Notes under the pieces: generated by a model
The model's input: only the letters and a program-made list of their open reading frames with translations
Database searches by the model: none
Told to the model about the DNA's origin: nothing
Shown: positions 17,625 through 27,097 of the stretch, piece by piece
Layout: each line of letters opens with the position of its first letter
How positions within the stretch are numbered: the stretch's first letter is position 1
Program-made: the position numbers and the translations under genes
IMG/VR virus record: IMGVR_UViG_3300040971_000087
Coordinates: 1-31,869 of that record
From: a virus
Lineage: Duplodnaviria > Caudoviricetes
DNA: 31,869 nucleotides
Direction: 5' to 3' (one strand)

Positions 17625-19082
17625 TTAATCCTCCTTAAATTCAAATAAGTTTCGGTACTTAGATTGCTCAATGTGTTTAGTAGTAAAGTTCTCTTTAACG
17701 TGTAGTTTGTGATAGATGTCTCGGTCAATAGTTCCTTTAGCTATCAATCTAAATATAGTGACAGGTTTCTTTTGTCCTTCTCTGTGGATCCGTTTCAACC
17801 ACTGCCAATAGTCATCCCATTTAGTAGTACAAGAATATAGGATACCAATGTCAGCAGCATGTAGTGTCATTGCAGTGGCTGCAGATACCTGAAATATAAC
17901 AATCCTAAGCTTCTTATCTTCCTGAAATCTTCTTTTGATATCGGTTCTGGCCTGACCTGATACACCCCCTCTGATGGTGGCAAAATCGATACCCTTTCGT
18001 TTAAGCATTAGTTCAATCTGATTAATCTCCCACAGGAATCGGCAGCCAATGATAATCTTATGGTCTTCACTATACCTATTCAGTAGGTCCTCCAAGACCT
18101 CTAGTTTCTCACCTCCTAAAGGAAAATAAACCTTTTGTTTAATTACTTCATTATTGTCATTCAAATAGATATCCTCTTTTTGAAGAAATCCTCCCGTAAT
18201 CTGCTGAAGTTTCATCAGAGATACTGCTTTCATCTTAGCATCAATTACTGCTCCTGACTCTAGCATTACTATTAGCTCTTCAGCCATGTCTTTATAGATC
18301 TCCTTAGTCTTGTCCTTTAAATAAACTGGAATGTCCTGAAACCTAATGGGCGACATACCCTTAACTTCACTGTCCTTAACCCTGAATGATCTTCTGTGGA
18401 GCTTCTCCTCAAATTCATCCATACGTTTCCATTTAATAACCTTGCTCTTAAAGTCCTTGTGAGGTATTGCATACCTATAAAAGAACTTATTATAGTCATC
18501 TCCGAAGATGTCCTCATCAAGAACATAGTACTGACCAAATACATCAATCAAGTTCTTAGGTAAAGGAGTGCCTGTCAACTGCAATATCCTGTGGGCATCA
18601 CGAGACAACTCATAAACTGCTTTACTTCGTTGTGTCTCCTTATTCTTTATGAAGTGTGCCTCATCAATGATAACCAGTTGAGGTTTCCATACTTTCACCA
18701 ATCTTAAGGCATCATTAGGTTCCTTTTTATCAAATCCAAATAATTCATAATTACATATCATCACGTTCAATCCCGAGGAACGTAATACAGGTATAATGCG
18801 GGACGTACGGTCATCCCCTACGATTGGGGTTATTGTAATATCAATGTCATCTGGAAAATCTAAAGGAAACTCGTCTTCCCAGACCCCCATTGCTGAGAGT
18901 GGACATATAACGAGTATCCTATTGATACCATCCTTGATATGGTCTATGGCAGCTAAATCTATAGCTACTTTTGTTTTCCCTAAACCTGGGTCAAACCAAA
19001 TAGCTAAATTACCTACATCTAGAGCCATCTTAACAGCAGCTACTTGGTATGACTTTGGTTTTCTCTTAAACTTATATTTCAT
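17625..19082 (-). CDS. SNF2-like SF2 helicase/ATPase
   Basis: YQ, DPGLGKT, ICP, IIDEAH.IKN, LTGTP, KLQQI..G, Q...RIHR.GQ. Confidence 0.92.
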   Translation of the reverse strand: MKYKFKRKPKSYQVAAVKMALDVGNLAIWFDPGLGKTKVAIDLAAIDHIKDGINRILVICPLSAMGVWEDEFPLDFPDDIDITITPIVGDDRTSRIIPVLRSSGLNVMICNYELFGFDKKEPNDALRLVKVWKPQLVIIDEAHFIKNKETQRSKAVYELSRDAHRILQLTGTPLPKNLIDVFGQYYVLDEDIFGDDYNKFFYRYAIPHKDFKSKVIKWKRMDEFEEKLHRRSFRVKDSEVKGMSPIRFQDIPVYLKDKTKEIYKDMAEELIVMLESGAVIDAKMKAVSLMKLQQITGGFLQKEDIYLNDNNEVIKQKVYFPLGGEKLEVLEDLLNRYSEDHKIIIGCRFLWEINQIELMLKRKGIDFATIRGGVSGQARTDIKRRFQEDKKLRIVIFQVSAATAMTLHAADIGILYSCTTKWDDYWQWLKRIHREGQKKPVTIFRLIAKGTIDRDIYHKLHVKENFTTKHIEQSKYRNLFEFKED

Positions 19083-19872
19083 TGATTTCCCTGAGAGTGT
19101 CTAAAATGGGAAACATACTAATTATACTGCCTATTATTTGAACAGAGTCTATGGTTCTTACATTAAGTCCTGAGTCGATTACGTGAACTAATTCCCCTCT
19201 CTCCTCCATAACATAAAAACTATATTCTCTTCCCCCCTCGAGTTTCATGCAATATTTTTTACCGGGAGAAAGTTTAACCTGAACAGGGGACTCTTTCATA
19301 TCTGAGAGCCTGACTGACCATCTATTATTAAGCATAACGTTGGTTGCTACAATGGCTTCATTTCTATCAAAGTCATAAGCAACAGCAACAACTTTTCCGA
19401 GATTTTTAACTATATACTCTTTTTTTAACTCAACTACAGTATCAACCAATTTCTCCACATCCTCGACCGAGGTAGTGTCTGAATAGTTACCTTCAGTAGT
19501 CATGAATTTAACTTTTCTACCATAATCAAGATGCTCCATTATAAAGGCAGATCTTCCAACAGATTTAATCCAAACCACTTCTTTTCCTTTCATATCATAC
19601 CTCTTTCCTTTATTCATTAAAATTCTACTAACCAGGTCTATTATCTCATGATACACGGGGACATACACCACGTCGTCCAATTTGGTCATATACCATATAC
19701 CATATTCCTGAGTAATCCACTTTATCTTATCACCATACCCTAGTGGATTCTCAGGTAAATTGTTAGCCCAACTGTATATCTCTTTAGTTCTCTTGTACGA
19801 CCTTTCACCATATACCCATCCAGCCCCCGGATAAAGCATTTGAACTACCTTTCTCATCCAATAACTATTCAT
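19072..19872 (-). CDS. Hypothetical protein
   Basis: Long ORF; start moved to ATG 19872 (AAGGAGG RBS). Confidence 0.65.
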   Translation of the reverse strand: MNSYWMRKVVQMLYPGAGWVYGERSYKRTKEIYSWANNLPENPLGYGDKIKWITQEYGIWYMTKLDDVVYVPVYHEIIDLVSRILMNKGKRYDMKGKEVVWIKSVGRSAFIMEHLDYGRKVKFMTTEGNYSDTTSVEDVEKLVDTVVELKKEYIVKNLGKVVAVAYDFDRNEAIVATNVMLNNRWSVRLSDMKESPVQVKLSPGKKYCMKLEGGREYSFYVMEERGELVHVIDSGLNVRTIDSVQIIGSIISMFPILDTLREINEI

Positions 19873-19883
19873 TACATACCTCC

Positions 19884-20180
19884 TTACCAGTCTATAGGAG
19901 TACCACATTTAGGGCATATGTGAGTATCACCACTCCAGATCTTTTCACCACATGCTCCACAGACACAACCTTTGTGTCCGTTGGTGTATTCAATTACACA
20001 CTCGGCTTTTACTGGAGTTTTTTGACCATCTAATCCAGATAACAATCCAGTAAGTTCATACACCCACCCAAGAGGGATTTCAACATCAGCTTCTGTATAT
20101 CGGTTCATGGCAGAAACTATATCACTTACTCTACGAGCTTTCCAAATATAATTGGGCTCTAAACCTATCGGCAACTTCAT
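19884..20180 (-). CDS. Hypothetical protein with C-terminal zinc ribbon
   Basis: CGAC...CPKCG; GGAGG RBS. Confidence 0.7.
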   Translation of the reverse strand: MKLPIGLEPNYIWKARRVSDIVSAMNRYTEADVEIPLGWVYELTGLLSGLDGQKTPVKAECVIEYTNGHKGCVCGACGEKIWSGDTHICPKCGTPIDW

Positions 20181-20533
20181 TTTCTTCCTCCTTTCATATG
20201 ATTGTACTTGTGGACATAAAACTCATGTTTAGATATACCACATACACTACAACGATAAACATCAAGCTTATCATCTAAAACAAATACTCTTGGTTTAATA
20301 CAGTATGGACACCATAACTGTCCTCTAGGTATTTTTACATTCTCAGGTTTAGGAAATGCCTGAGTATGGGACACAACATCCACAGTAACGGGTTTGCCCT
20401 CGAATTGAGCTCTAATTCTAGCAGCTTGAGCTTTCACTCTTTTGTATGTCTCAATCGAGGACTCACCCTCCTGGGAGGTAATCAAAATGTCTTTTCTTTT
20501 GGTGTGCGTCCTCACCGATATAACCCATTTCAT
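20177..20533 (-). CDS. Hypothetical protein with zinc finger
   Basis: WCPYC...RCSVCG. Confidence 0.7.
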   Translation of the reverse strand: MKWVISVRTHTKRKDILITSQEGESSIETYKRVKAQAARIRAQFEGKPVTVDVVSHTQAFPKPENVKIPRGQLWCPYCIKPRVFVLDDKLDVYRCSVCGISKHEFYVHKYNHMKGGRK

Positions 20534-20625
20534 CTTTTGTCTTTTCTAGTTACCCAAAAGGCGAATACAAATATGATTATGGTAACTATGATCTGAAAAA
20601 GTACAAAATACATACCATCATGCAT
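20530..20625 (-). CDS. 31-aa single-pass membrane peptide (not in ORF track)
   Basis: MHDGMYFVLFQIIVTIIIFVFAFWVTRKDKR; fills the gap and overlaps both neighbours (ATGA junction at 20530-20533). Confidence 0.55.
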   Translation of the reverse strand: MHDGMYFVLFQIIVTIIIFVFAFWVTRKDKR

Positions 20626-20830
20626 TATCCATCACCACCTCGTGAGGCGATGCTTCATATAGATTGCCAAATCGAGTTTCAACTAAAATAACAATCTCAG
20701 CTGAATCACCGTCCTGATATTGGAATGCTCCATGTACTTTTACCGGATAAGATACTCCAGCTTCTAACGATCTGCGATTAATGGACGTAACGTACTTGGG
20801 GGTAAATACCCCTGTTCTGTAACCAAACAT
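20618..20830 (-). CDS. Hypothetical protein
   Basis: 70-aa ORF in operon. Confidence 0.55.
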   Translation of the reverse strand: MFGYRTGVFTPKYVTSINRRSLEAGVSYPVKVHGAFQYQDGDSAEIVILVETRFGNLYEASPHEVVMDNA

Positions 20831-21141
20831 AATATCTTCACATCCTTCTTTTGTATACCAAAGTTTAGTGCTTCTTGATGGGACTCAAAATAAATATCAA
20901 ATCTCCCATCAAACCTCTTTGCAGTTCTGTCTTGCAGTTCATAAACATGACCATCAACTTCTACTATAGTGCCAAGAGGAAGATTACGAGGACCAGCTAT
21001 AGTCCATCCTTCCTCAACGTGCGAGCCATCAGCAGTTATAACTGAACCACCAGTGCAAATATCACAATGGCAGTAAGCAGTTATAACATGGAATCCAATA
21101 CTAATAAATACAACGATCTTAGTTAAGCCCTTCATTACCAT
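20764..21141 (-). CDS. 3D-domain (MltA-like) cell-wall-associated protein
   Basis: ITAYC.C..C, TADG, TIA....LPLGT.V.VDG..Y..QDR, RFDIYF.SH.EA..FG. True start probably 21141 or 21135. Confidence 0.85.
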   Translation of the reverse strand: MVMKGLTKIVVFISIGFHVITAYCHCDICTGGSVITADGSHVEEGWTIAGPRNLPLGTIVEVDGHVYELQDRTAKRFDGRFDIYFESHQEALNFGIQKKDVKILCLVTEQGYLPPSTLRPLIADR

Positions 21142-21598
21142 CCTCGTCTTCATATTCCTTAGAGGCTCTGTATTCAACAGCATCCTCTTCAGGACAGAAA
21201 TCTCTGATGGCACATCTAGCACAGTCATGTTCTTGGTTCTCTGATTCAATATACTCTTCCCTGTCTTCAGTTTCAGGTTCAGACCCCATACCGAGTAATT
21301 GATTGAGCAGATCACTGAAGTTATTAGGAATTGAAGACATTAACAAACCTCTTCCTTCAAGTTCCTGAACCAATGCATCAGCAATGAATCTAAGTTCATT
21401 GGTCTGTCCTACAATAATACCTTCAGTTCTCATACCTTCTTCCATAGGTTGCTCATTAGCCTTAAATAAGCCAATACCTGAAACGTTGTCAAAAGTATTA
21501 ACTCCTAATGAGTTACCCTCTTTGTCAAATTTCTCAAGTGTCAATTTAACTCTAGATACTCCTAGTACTTCTTCCTCTTTCACTTTCTTAGTTAACAT
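21119..21598 (-). CDS. Hypothetical acidic protein with CxxCxxxxxC motif
   Basis: 159-aa ORF with GGAGG RBS, first gene after a promoter. Confidence 0.7.
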   Translation of the reverse strand: MLTKKVKEEEVLGVSRVKLTLEKFDKEGNSLGVNTFDNVSGIGLFKANEQPMEEGMRTEGIIVGQTNELRFIADALVQELEGRGLLMSSIPNNFSDLLNQLLGMGSEPETEDREEYIESENQEHDCARCAIRDFCPEEDAVEYRASKEYEDEDGNEGLN

Positions 21599-21649
21599 TT
21601 TTTTGTCCTCCCAGTCAATTTTTAATCAATGAATTTATTGATTTAATTA

Positions 21650-21736
21650 ATTATATCATAAAATGTTACCTTTGAATACTGTATTTTATCAAAATTTGAT
21701 AAAATGGTTTATTTGGGTTTTAATACATGATATAAT
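21650..21736. promoter_or_regulatory. Divergent promoter pair with a central perfect palindrome
   Basis: Leftward TATTCA-17-TATAAT (21678-21650) and rightward TTTATT-17-TATAAT (21708-21736), both TG-extended; ATTTTATCAAA-A-TTTGATAAAAT at 21683-21705. Confidence 0.75.
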
Positions 21737-21779
21737 GTAATTGTAATAATATGTCATTATTAAAAGGAGGTGAAATGAG

Positions 21780-21989
21780 ATGCTCACGGTGCAACAAGTG
21801 ATGAAGAAGTACAACAAGACCTACACTCAAGTAAGATATGCAACAGAGACTGGTCGGTTAAAAGGCATAAAGATTGGATGGGTTTGGATGTATAATCCGA
21901 GATCCTTACCAGCTGAATGGCCTGAAACGAAACGAAAATACACTAAACGGGGTGAGAAGCCAAATGAGCGAAGTAAACTCAATCTTTAA
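21780..21989 (+). CDS. Excisionase/MerR-like HTH DNA-binding protein
   Basis: MLTVQQV......TY..V......GRL.G.KIG..W; AAAGGAGGTG RBS. Confidence 0.8.
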   Translation: MLTVQQVMKKYNKTYTQVRYATETGRLKGIKIGWVWMYNPRSLPAEWPETKRKYTKRGEKPNERSKLNL

Positions 21990-23871
21990 AGTATGGGGTG
22001 ACCATGAAGGTTGGGTTGCACTTCCTCGCAAGAAAAGAGATGACAATCAACCTAAGGGGCCAAAGAACCACGACGGTAAGTGGGAAGAGAAAATGTTCCA
22101 ATGGCCTCAAGAGACTGAAAAGATTGTAGACTGGATAAAGGAAAGCCACAGAGGAAAGTTCGATCTCTACTGGTGTCCCTCAATATTCAGTTTACCCCGA
22201 AGAGTAAAGGAGAACATCCCTTATCTAACTGCTTTATATGCTGACTTAGATGAGAAACACCCAGACACTATTCCTGTGGATCAAAGACCCTCCATGTGTT
22301 GGGAAACATCACCAGGCAGGTATGCAGGAATATGGTTCCCTGACAGGGTTTTAGAACCCCAAGAGGGTGAACTTATTAACAAAGACTTAACCTACAGCAT
22401 AGGAGCAGACAAAGGAGGATGGGATCTTACTCAAGTCTTAAGAGTCCCTGGACTAAAGAATTACAAATATGAAGGAGCGCCTAAGGGGAGACTACTCTGG
22501 TTACACGAAGACCACAGGTATCACGTGGAGAAAGTAATCGTACCAGAGCCTGAGGAACCAGATGACCTAGACTTTGACATGTTAGAAGAAAGGCCATTAC
22601 ACGAGTTAATCAGACCTCACTTAGGTAAACTAGATACCAAAACTCTGGAACTGTTATTCACTCCTGAGGATGATGTATTACTATCAGACAGGAGTGCCAA
22701 GTTATGGGAGCTAGAATGCTCACTATTAGAGCGTGGACTATCACCTGAGGATACATTACAACTGGTATCAATGTCCGCCTGGAACAAGTATAAAGGCAGA
22801 AGAGATGAAACCCGACGGTTAGTCACCGAGATCAACAAAGCAGTAGACTATATTGATATTAAACCTACCCCTATCAACACTAAGAAAATGCTCACAACCT
22901 ACTCAGAGTTAATGAGCTCAGAGCATGAACAGCCTGGGTGGATGATAGAGGGAGTATGGCAACAAGGCTCACATGGTATGATAGCAGGAGAACCTAAAAC
23001 ATACAAGTCAGTCCTTGTAACAGACATGGCTGTCTCTGTGGCATCAGGAGAACCCTTTCTTGGCAGATTCCCCGTTCATCAACAGGGTCCTGTCATATAC
23101 ATTCAAGAAGAGAATGCTCCCTGGCTAGTAAAAGACAGAGTCATGAAAATAGCTCATACCCGAGGCCAACTCAACGGCAAAGCTGATCTCATCAATGGCA
23201 AACTAACCCTAGAGATGCCCCCAGATCTGCCCATGTATTTCCTAAATAACAAAGGCTTTGACCTAACCAATGAAGAAGACAGAGACCTATTAGAGGGCTT
23301 CATGAAAGAGATACGACCAGTCCTCGTAATATTTGACCCTCTGTATCTCATGTTAGGTGGCAAAGACGAGAACAGCTCAAAAGACATACGTCCTATACTT
23401 ACCTGGCTACTCAAAATGAGGTACGATTATAAGACGTCCATAATCGTCCTTCATCACTGGAATAAATCAGGCAAGTCAGAACGTGGCGGTCAACGTATGC
23501 TAGGCTCTGTACTGTGGCATGGCTGGGTAGAGTCTGCTCTATACACCAATGTCGTCAACGAAGAACAGCACGAGATCGCAGTCGAACGAGAGTTCAGATC
23601 CTTCGAGAAGCCTACAAAGATCCAAGTAAAATTTGAGTTCGGGGCACCAGGGGAACTGACATACAAAGCGACCATGTCTGACATGACACTCACCACAGAT
23701 GACAGCATCATCGATCTCTTTGAGACGTACGGCTCATTATCCCTCGAAGAAGTCAAGTCATATCTGGGTATCCCTAAGTCACAGACTATCAGTCGTCTAG
23801 CAAAATTAGTCAAGGACAATGTCCTCATAAACAACGGAGACAACTATAAAATTAACGGAGGTAAGAAATGA
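21964..23871 (+). CDS. Primase-helicase fusion (RepB-like AEP primase plus AAA_25/RepA-like helicase)
   Basis: LYADLD, ETSPGRY, VLRVPG..NYKY, DRS; GEPKTYKS Walker A, YIQEE, VIFDP, VLHH..K, R..GS. Start moved to ATG 21964. Confidence 0.9.
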   Translation: MSEVNSIFKVWGDHEGWVALPRKKRDDNQPKGPKNHDGKWEEKMFQWPQETEKIVDWIKESHRGKFDLYWCPSIFSLPRRVKENIPYLTALYADLDEKHPDTIPVDQRPSMCWETSPGRYAGIWFPDRVLEPQEGELINKDLTYSIGADKGGWDLTQVLRVPGLKNYKYEGAPKGRLLWLHEDHRYHVEKVIVPEPEEPDDLDFDMLEERPLHELIRPHLGKLDTKTLELLFTPEDDVLLSDRSAKLWELECSLLERGLSPEDTLQLVSMSAWNKYKGRRDETRRLVTEINKAVDYIDIKPTPINTKKMLTTYSELMSSEHEQPGWMIEGVWQQGSHGMIAGEPKTYKSVLVTDMAVSVASGEPFLGRFPVHQQGPVIYIQEENAPWLVKDRVMKIAHTRGQLNGKADLINGKLTLEMPPDLPMYFLNNKGFDLTNEEDRDLLEGFMKEIRPVLVIFDPLYLMLGGKDENSSKDIRPILTWLLKMRYDYKTSIIVLHHWNKSGKSERGGQRMLGSVLWHGWVESALYTNVVNEEQHEIAVEREFRSFEKPTKIQVKFEFGAPGELTYKATMSDMTLTTDDSIIDLFETYGSLSLEEVKSYLGIPKSQTISRLAKLVKDNVLINNGDNYKINGGKK

Positions 23872-24722
23872 ACCGAGGCAAGATTATTATAACCCACAAT
23901 GATTTAGACGGAGTAGGCTGTGCAGTTCTCTACCTAAAAGCCTTCCCCAACGCCCAAGTCTACTTCACAGACTACGACAAAGTCAACGAGCTAGTGATGG
24001 AGATAGTCACTGAGTCTCACTGGGCATCAGAAATAGTTATCACAGACATGTCACCTAACGAGACAGTAGCAGAGCTACTACACAAACGCACCAACGTCTC
24101 ACTAATCGACCATCACCCAACAGCAATGTGGCTCATGGACACATACCCCTGGGCAGTCGTCGACACAGCACACTCAGCAACACGCTTAGTCTTCGAGATG
24201 CTCAGCAACACTCACCTCATGCAAGATGCCAAAGACTTCACAATGCTCGTCGACAATTTTGATACCTGGGGTCACGGTAAAGGCCCATCACCCGAAGCCC
24301 ACCAATTAAATGCCCTCATGTGGTCAATGGGTCAGGAGCGATTCCTCAAACGTTTCGTCCTCCAGTCCTCCACTACAATAACCCCCACAGAAGAAATGAT
24401 ACTCACCCTGGAGAGAGAACGCGAACAGAAATACATTGAAGAAGCCTTACACCAAGTCAACATCCTAATCGACACCGAAGGTCACCAATACGGCATGATA
24501 GCTGCCGAGCAATACTCCAGTCAGTTGGGCAACGATATTCTCAAAGCCTACCCAGACATAGAGTATGTCATTATGCTCAATTTCCTCAAAGACAGAGCCT
24601 CTCTACGTGGCAGGGGAAATGTACACATGGGCGAGTTAGCCAAACAATTAGGTGGAGGAGGCCACCCTAAAGCAGCAGGATTTCCTCTGGAACAGTCTGC
24701 TTTAAAATACTTTCACGGATGA
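23868..24722 (+). CDS. DHH/DHHA1 family phosphoesterase
   Basis: THNDLDG, ITD, IDHH, SAT, SLR, GGGGHPKAAG. Confidence 0.92.
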   Translation: MNRGKIIITHNDLDGVGCAVLYLKAFPNAQVYFTDYDKVNELVMEIVTESHWASEIVITDMSPNETVAELLHKRTNVSLIDHHPTAMWLMDTYPWAVVDTAHSATRLVFEMLSNTHLMQDAKDFTMLVDNFDTWGHGKGPSPEAHQLNALMWSMGQERFLKRFVLQSSTTITPTEEMILTLEREREQKYIEEALHQVNILIDTEGHQYGMIAAEQYSSQLGNDILKAYPDIEYVIMLNFLKDRASLRGRGNVHMGELAKQLGGGGHPKAAGFPLEQSALKYFHG

Positions 24723-25123
24723 TAGTTCAAGGAATACGTAGCAACAAGCACGACCGAATGTGTAATCTCATCCTCTATGCAATCAACCACGACAATCAAT
24801 TCAGATCCTCAGACACTGACCATCACATTATTGAGAGATTGCTCAAAGAGGGTCTCATCACACGTATAGCCACAGGCAAGTACCAGCTCAACATGGACAG
24901 AGTACGTCAAGTGTCCTATATAGTCCCCGATACTCTGTGGGAGAAGCTCAGTGACCCAGAGTACCAGCGACAGATCAAAGGCACAAAGCCCAACAACGTC
25001 AAAACCAGTAAAGCCCGTCTAGCCCGTAAAAGAGCCAACAAGTACAGAACATCAGACAGCAATTCAACCTTTAAGCTGAGCGATATTATAATGGGAGGTA
25101 AACATGGAAAGAGTACCCTTTAA
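24719..25123 (+). CDS. Hypothetical basic protein, possible winged helix
   Basis: IERLLKEGLITRIATGKY wing-like motif; ATGA overlap with the upstream gene. Confidence 0.6.
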   Translation: MIVQGIRSNKHDRMCNLILYAINHDNQFRSSDTDHHIIERLLKEGLITRIATGKYQLNMDRVRQVSYIVPDTLWEKLSDPEYQRQIKGTKPNNVKTSKARLARKRANKYRTSDSNSTFKLSDIIMGGKHGKSTL

Positions 25124-25655
25124 CCCAACAGCAATAGAGTTCACCGAGTGTCTAGCAATCACTCGCTACGAAAAGTTCACAGAGCGAGCAGTCTTCAATA
25201 CTGCTATAGCTCTCTCACACGCCCTAATGGTCAAGGGCAAAAAATTAGTCTCCACCGAGCGAGACACCGTAGAGTTCAAGTTATTAGGCCCATCAGACAA
25301 CCTCAAGTACTGGAGAGAAAATAAGCCTCCACGCAAAAATGCCGACCTCAACGATCTAAACTTCAAAAGACTCCAAGAGCTCAAGTCTCATTACTATTTT
25401 GCCAATAACGCCGAAGCTCTCAGCTTCTGTCTCAGAACCTTAAGAGTCTACACTGACCAGCACGACGTAGGCATAATCTCCAAATTTGTAGCCGAGAAGT
25501 CAACCAGCAGTTATCAAAAGGCCACAGGAGATCTCCGACGAGTGAGAGTATATCTAGCTGACGATCTCGCAGATATCCTAACCGAAAGAGCCCAACAAGA
25601 GGGAAAAAGCATGAGTTTGTTGATAAATGAGCTCTTAAGGGAATGTATAGGATGA
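25104..25655 (+). CDS. Hypothetical protein with C-terminal ribbon-helix-helix-like motif
   Basis: RVRVYLADDL...L..RA..EGKSMS.LINELL; GGGAGG RBS. Confidence 0.65.
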   Translation: MERVPFNPTAIEFTECLAITRYEKFTERAVFNTAIALSHALMVKGKKLVSTERDTVEFKLLGPSDNLKYWRENKPPRKNADLNDLNFKRLQELKSHYYFANNAEALSFCLRTLRVYTDQHDVGIISKFVAEKSTSSYQKATGDLRRVRVYLADDLADILTERAQQEGKSMSLLINELLRECIG

Positions 25656-26040
25656 TGTATAAAAGTTTGTATGGTTTTTGAACATACATTGTATCTATGT
25701 AAATTGTATAATCATGATTCTTCATGTAGAACGTTGAAAAATCATATCTTTGACACGATTTGTATCTATGTAAAAGCCCCTGGTATAAATGGACGACCCA
25801 CATTATTCAACACTATACAAACTTATTTTGTATAGGAATGTATCGTGTTGAATAATTATTTGATTCTATGATGCTCAAAGATATGTAATTTCAACGTTTG
25901 TATAGATGTAAACTATGTTATTGTATAGGCATGTATGGTCATGTATAGTTTTAACCGCATCTATACATGCAAATACATCAATGCATATAATATGCATGAT
26001 GTATGCATGTAATGATTAATTCATTTTGGAAAGGAAGTTT
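25656..26040. repeat. AT-rich non-coding region with direct and nested inverted repeats (candidate replication origin)
   Basis: TTGTATCTATGTAAA at 25689 and 25760 (variant at 25898); inverted pairs 25730-25753/25875-25898 and 25802-25819/25839-25856. Confidence 0.6.
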
Positions 26041-26042
26041 AT

Positions 26043-26369
26043 ATGATAGGAAAGATAGATGGTCTAGGATTAGAGGGATTAGAGGATATACTGATAGAGA
26101 AGGATGGTAAGCGGTATAGGTTGACTGTTAGTGAGAGGTTAGTGTATGATCTTATGGTTGGGGATCTGGACCGTAGAGCTGTGGGAATCATTGACCGATG
26201 GGCATCTGAGATAATGCCTGGGATTCATGATGAACATATTCGTGAGGTATTGAGAGAGGATTCGAGGAGAGGGGAGAAGGGAGGAAAGAGTGAGCCTACG
26301 GGTACACGTAAGACTATGCGAGAATGTATGAGCAGAGCATCTGTACTCCTGTGGGACGGCAAATTGTAA
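26043..26369 (+). CDS. Hypothetical protein
   Basis: 108-aa ORF with GAAAGGAAG RBS; extremely G-rich strand. Confidence 0.5.
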   Translation: MIGKIDGLGLEGLEDILIEKDGKRYRLTVSERLVYDLMVGDLDRRAVGIIDRWASEIMPGIHDEHIREVLREDSRRGEKGGKSEPTGTRKTMRECMSRASVLLWDGKL

Positions 26370-26392
26370 GAAATGAAAATGGGACGCTAAAA

Positions 26393-26444
26393 GATGCCTT
26401 TATATTCATGACATATGAATTATCATCATGCATATAAAGGCATC
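26393..26444. terminator. Long imperfect hairpin at a convergent junction
   Basis: GATGCCTTTATA...TATAAAGGCATC 12-bp perfect arms plus inner CATGA/TCATG. Confidence 0.55.
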
Positions 26445-26466
26445 AATATGGACAAATCTAGGTACC

Positions 26467-26781
26467 TTAAAATAACATCAGCATATCATAAATGTCATTC
26501 AATTCATCATCATTGAATGGGATGATATCAGGACCTTCTTCTGTCATTCCTTCCTTTAATAGGTAGACATCTCCAACGATTGGGTTAGGGTATTCTAGGA
26601 ACTTGGTACCTATTTCATTGTATGGTAATCTCTTGAGTAAGCCACTATCATCGACTGCTCCGAGGATCTCTCTGGACTTACGAACGAAGCCAAACCAGAA
26701 TGGGATGTAGTGATGTAGTTCCTTATCTGTCTCAAACTTCTCAATCTGTCCATCTGTGGTTATTTTGATTCCATTAATCAT
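26467..26781 (-). CDS. DUF3846-like protein
   Basis: VDDSGLLK.LP.N.......Y...IVGDV.L pattern; AGGAGG RBS. Confidence 0.65.
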   Translation of the reverse strand: MINGIKITTDGQIEKFETDKELHHYIPFWFGFVRKSREILGAVDDSGLLKRLPYNEIGTKFLEYPNPIVGDVYLLKEGMTEEGPDIIPFNDDELNDIYDMLMLF

Positions 26782-26995
26782 CTTGTCTACCTCCTGATTT
26801 AATCATGACATCTGCAATCTCATCTACAAAATCATCAGGGATTGCGATGCCCTTACTTGTAGGACACCAGTTATCTGTGGCATCTTGAAAATACTTTCTT
26901 ATGTCTATATACTTCGTTGTGCCTTTGGTAACTTTCTTCACTTTAATGTTTCCTACTTCGAGGATAACTTCCTCTGTATCCCAGAATTTCGCCAT
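26774..26995 (-). CDS. PC4/YdbC-like ssDNA-binding protein
   Basis: YIDIRKYF......W.PTSKGIAI; start probably ATG 26995. Confidence 0.85.
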   Translation of the reverse strand: MAKFWDTEEVILEVGNIKVKKVTKGTTKYIDIRKYFQDATDNWCPTSKGIAIPDDFVDEIADVMIKSGGRQDD

Positions 26996-27097
26996 TTGTA
27001 TATACATCTCCTTTAAGTTTTCGCGGCCCTCGGTTTTTGGACTAAGGTATGATTTATGATTTGTGTGCAGGAATGTGCTAGCACTCTACACGCACTG

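Noticed and set aside
21780-21989. Evidence of lysogeny (excisionase)
   Set aside because: No integrase, CI-like repressor or att site recognised in the window; Xis-like HTH proteins also act as regulators.
25432-25803. 123-aa - strand ORF
   Set aside because: Antisense to a real gene and runs through the repeat region; no supporting motif.
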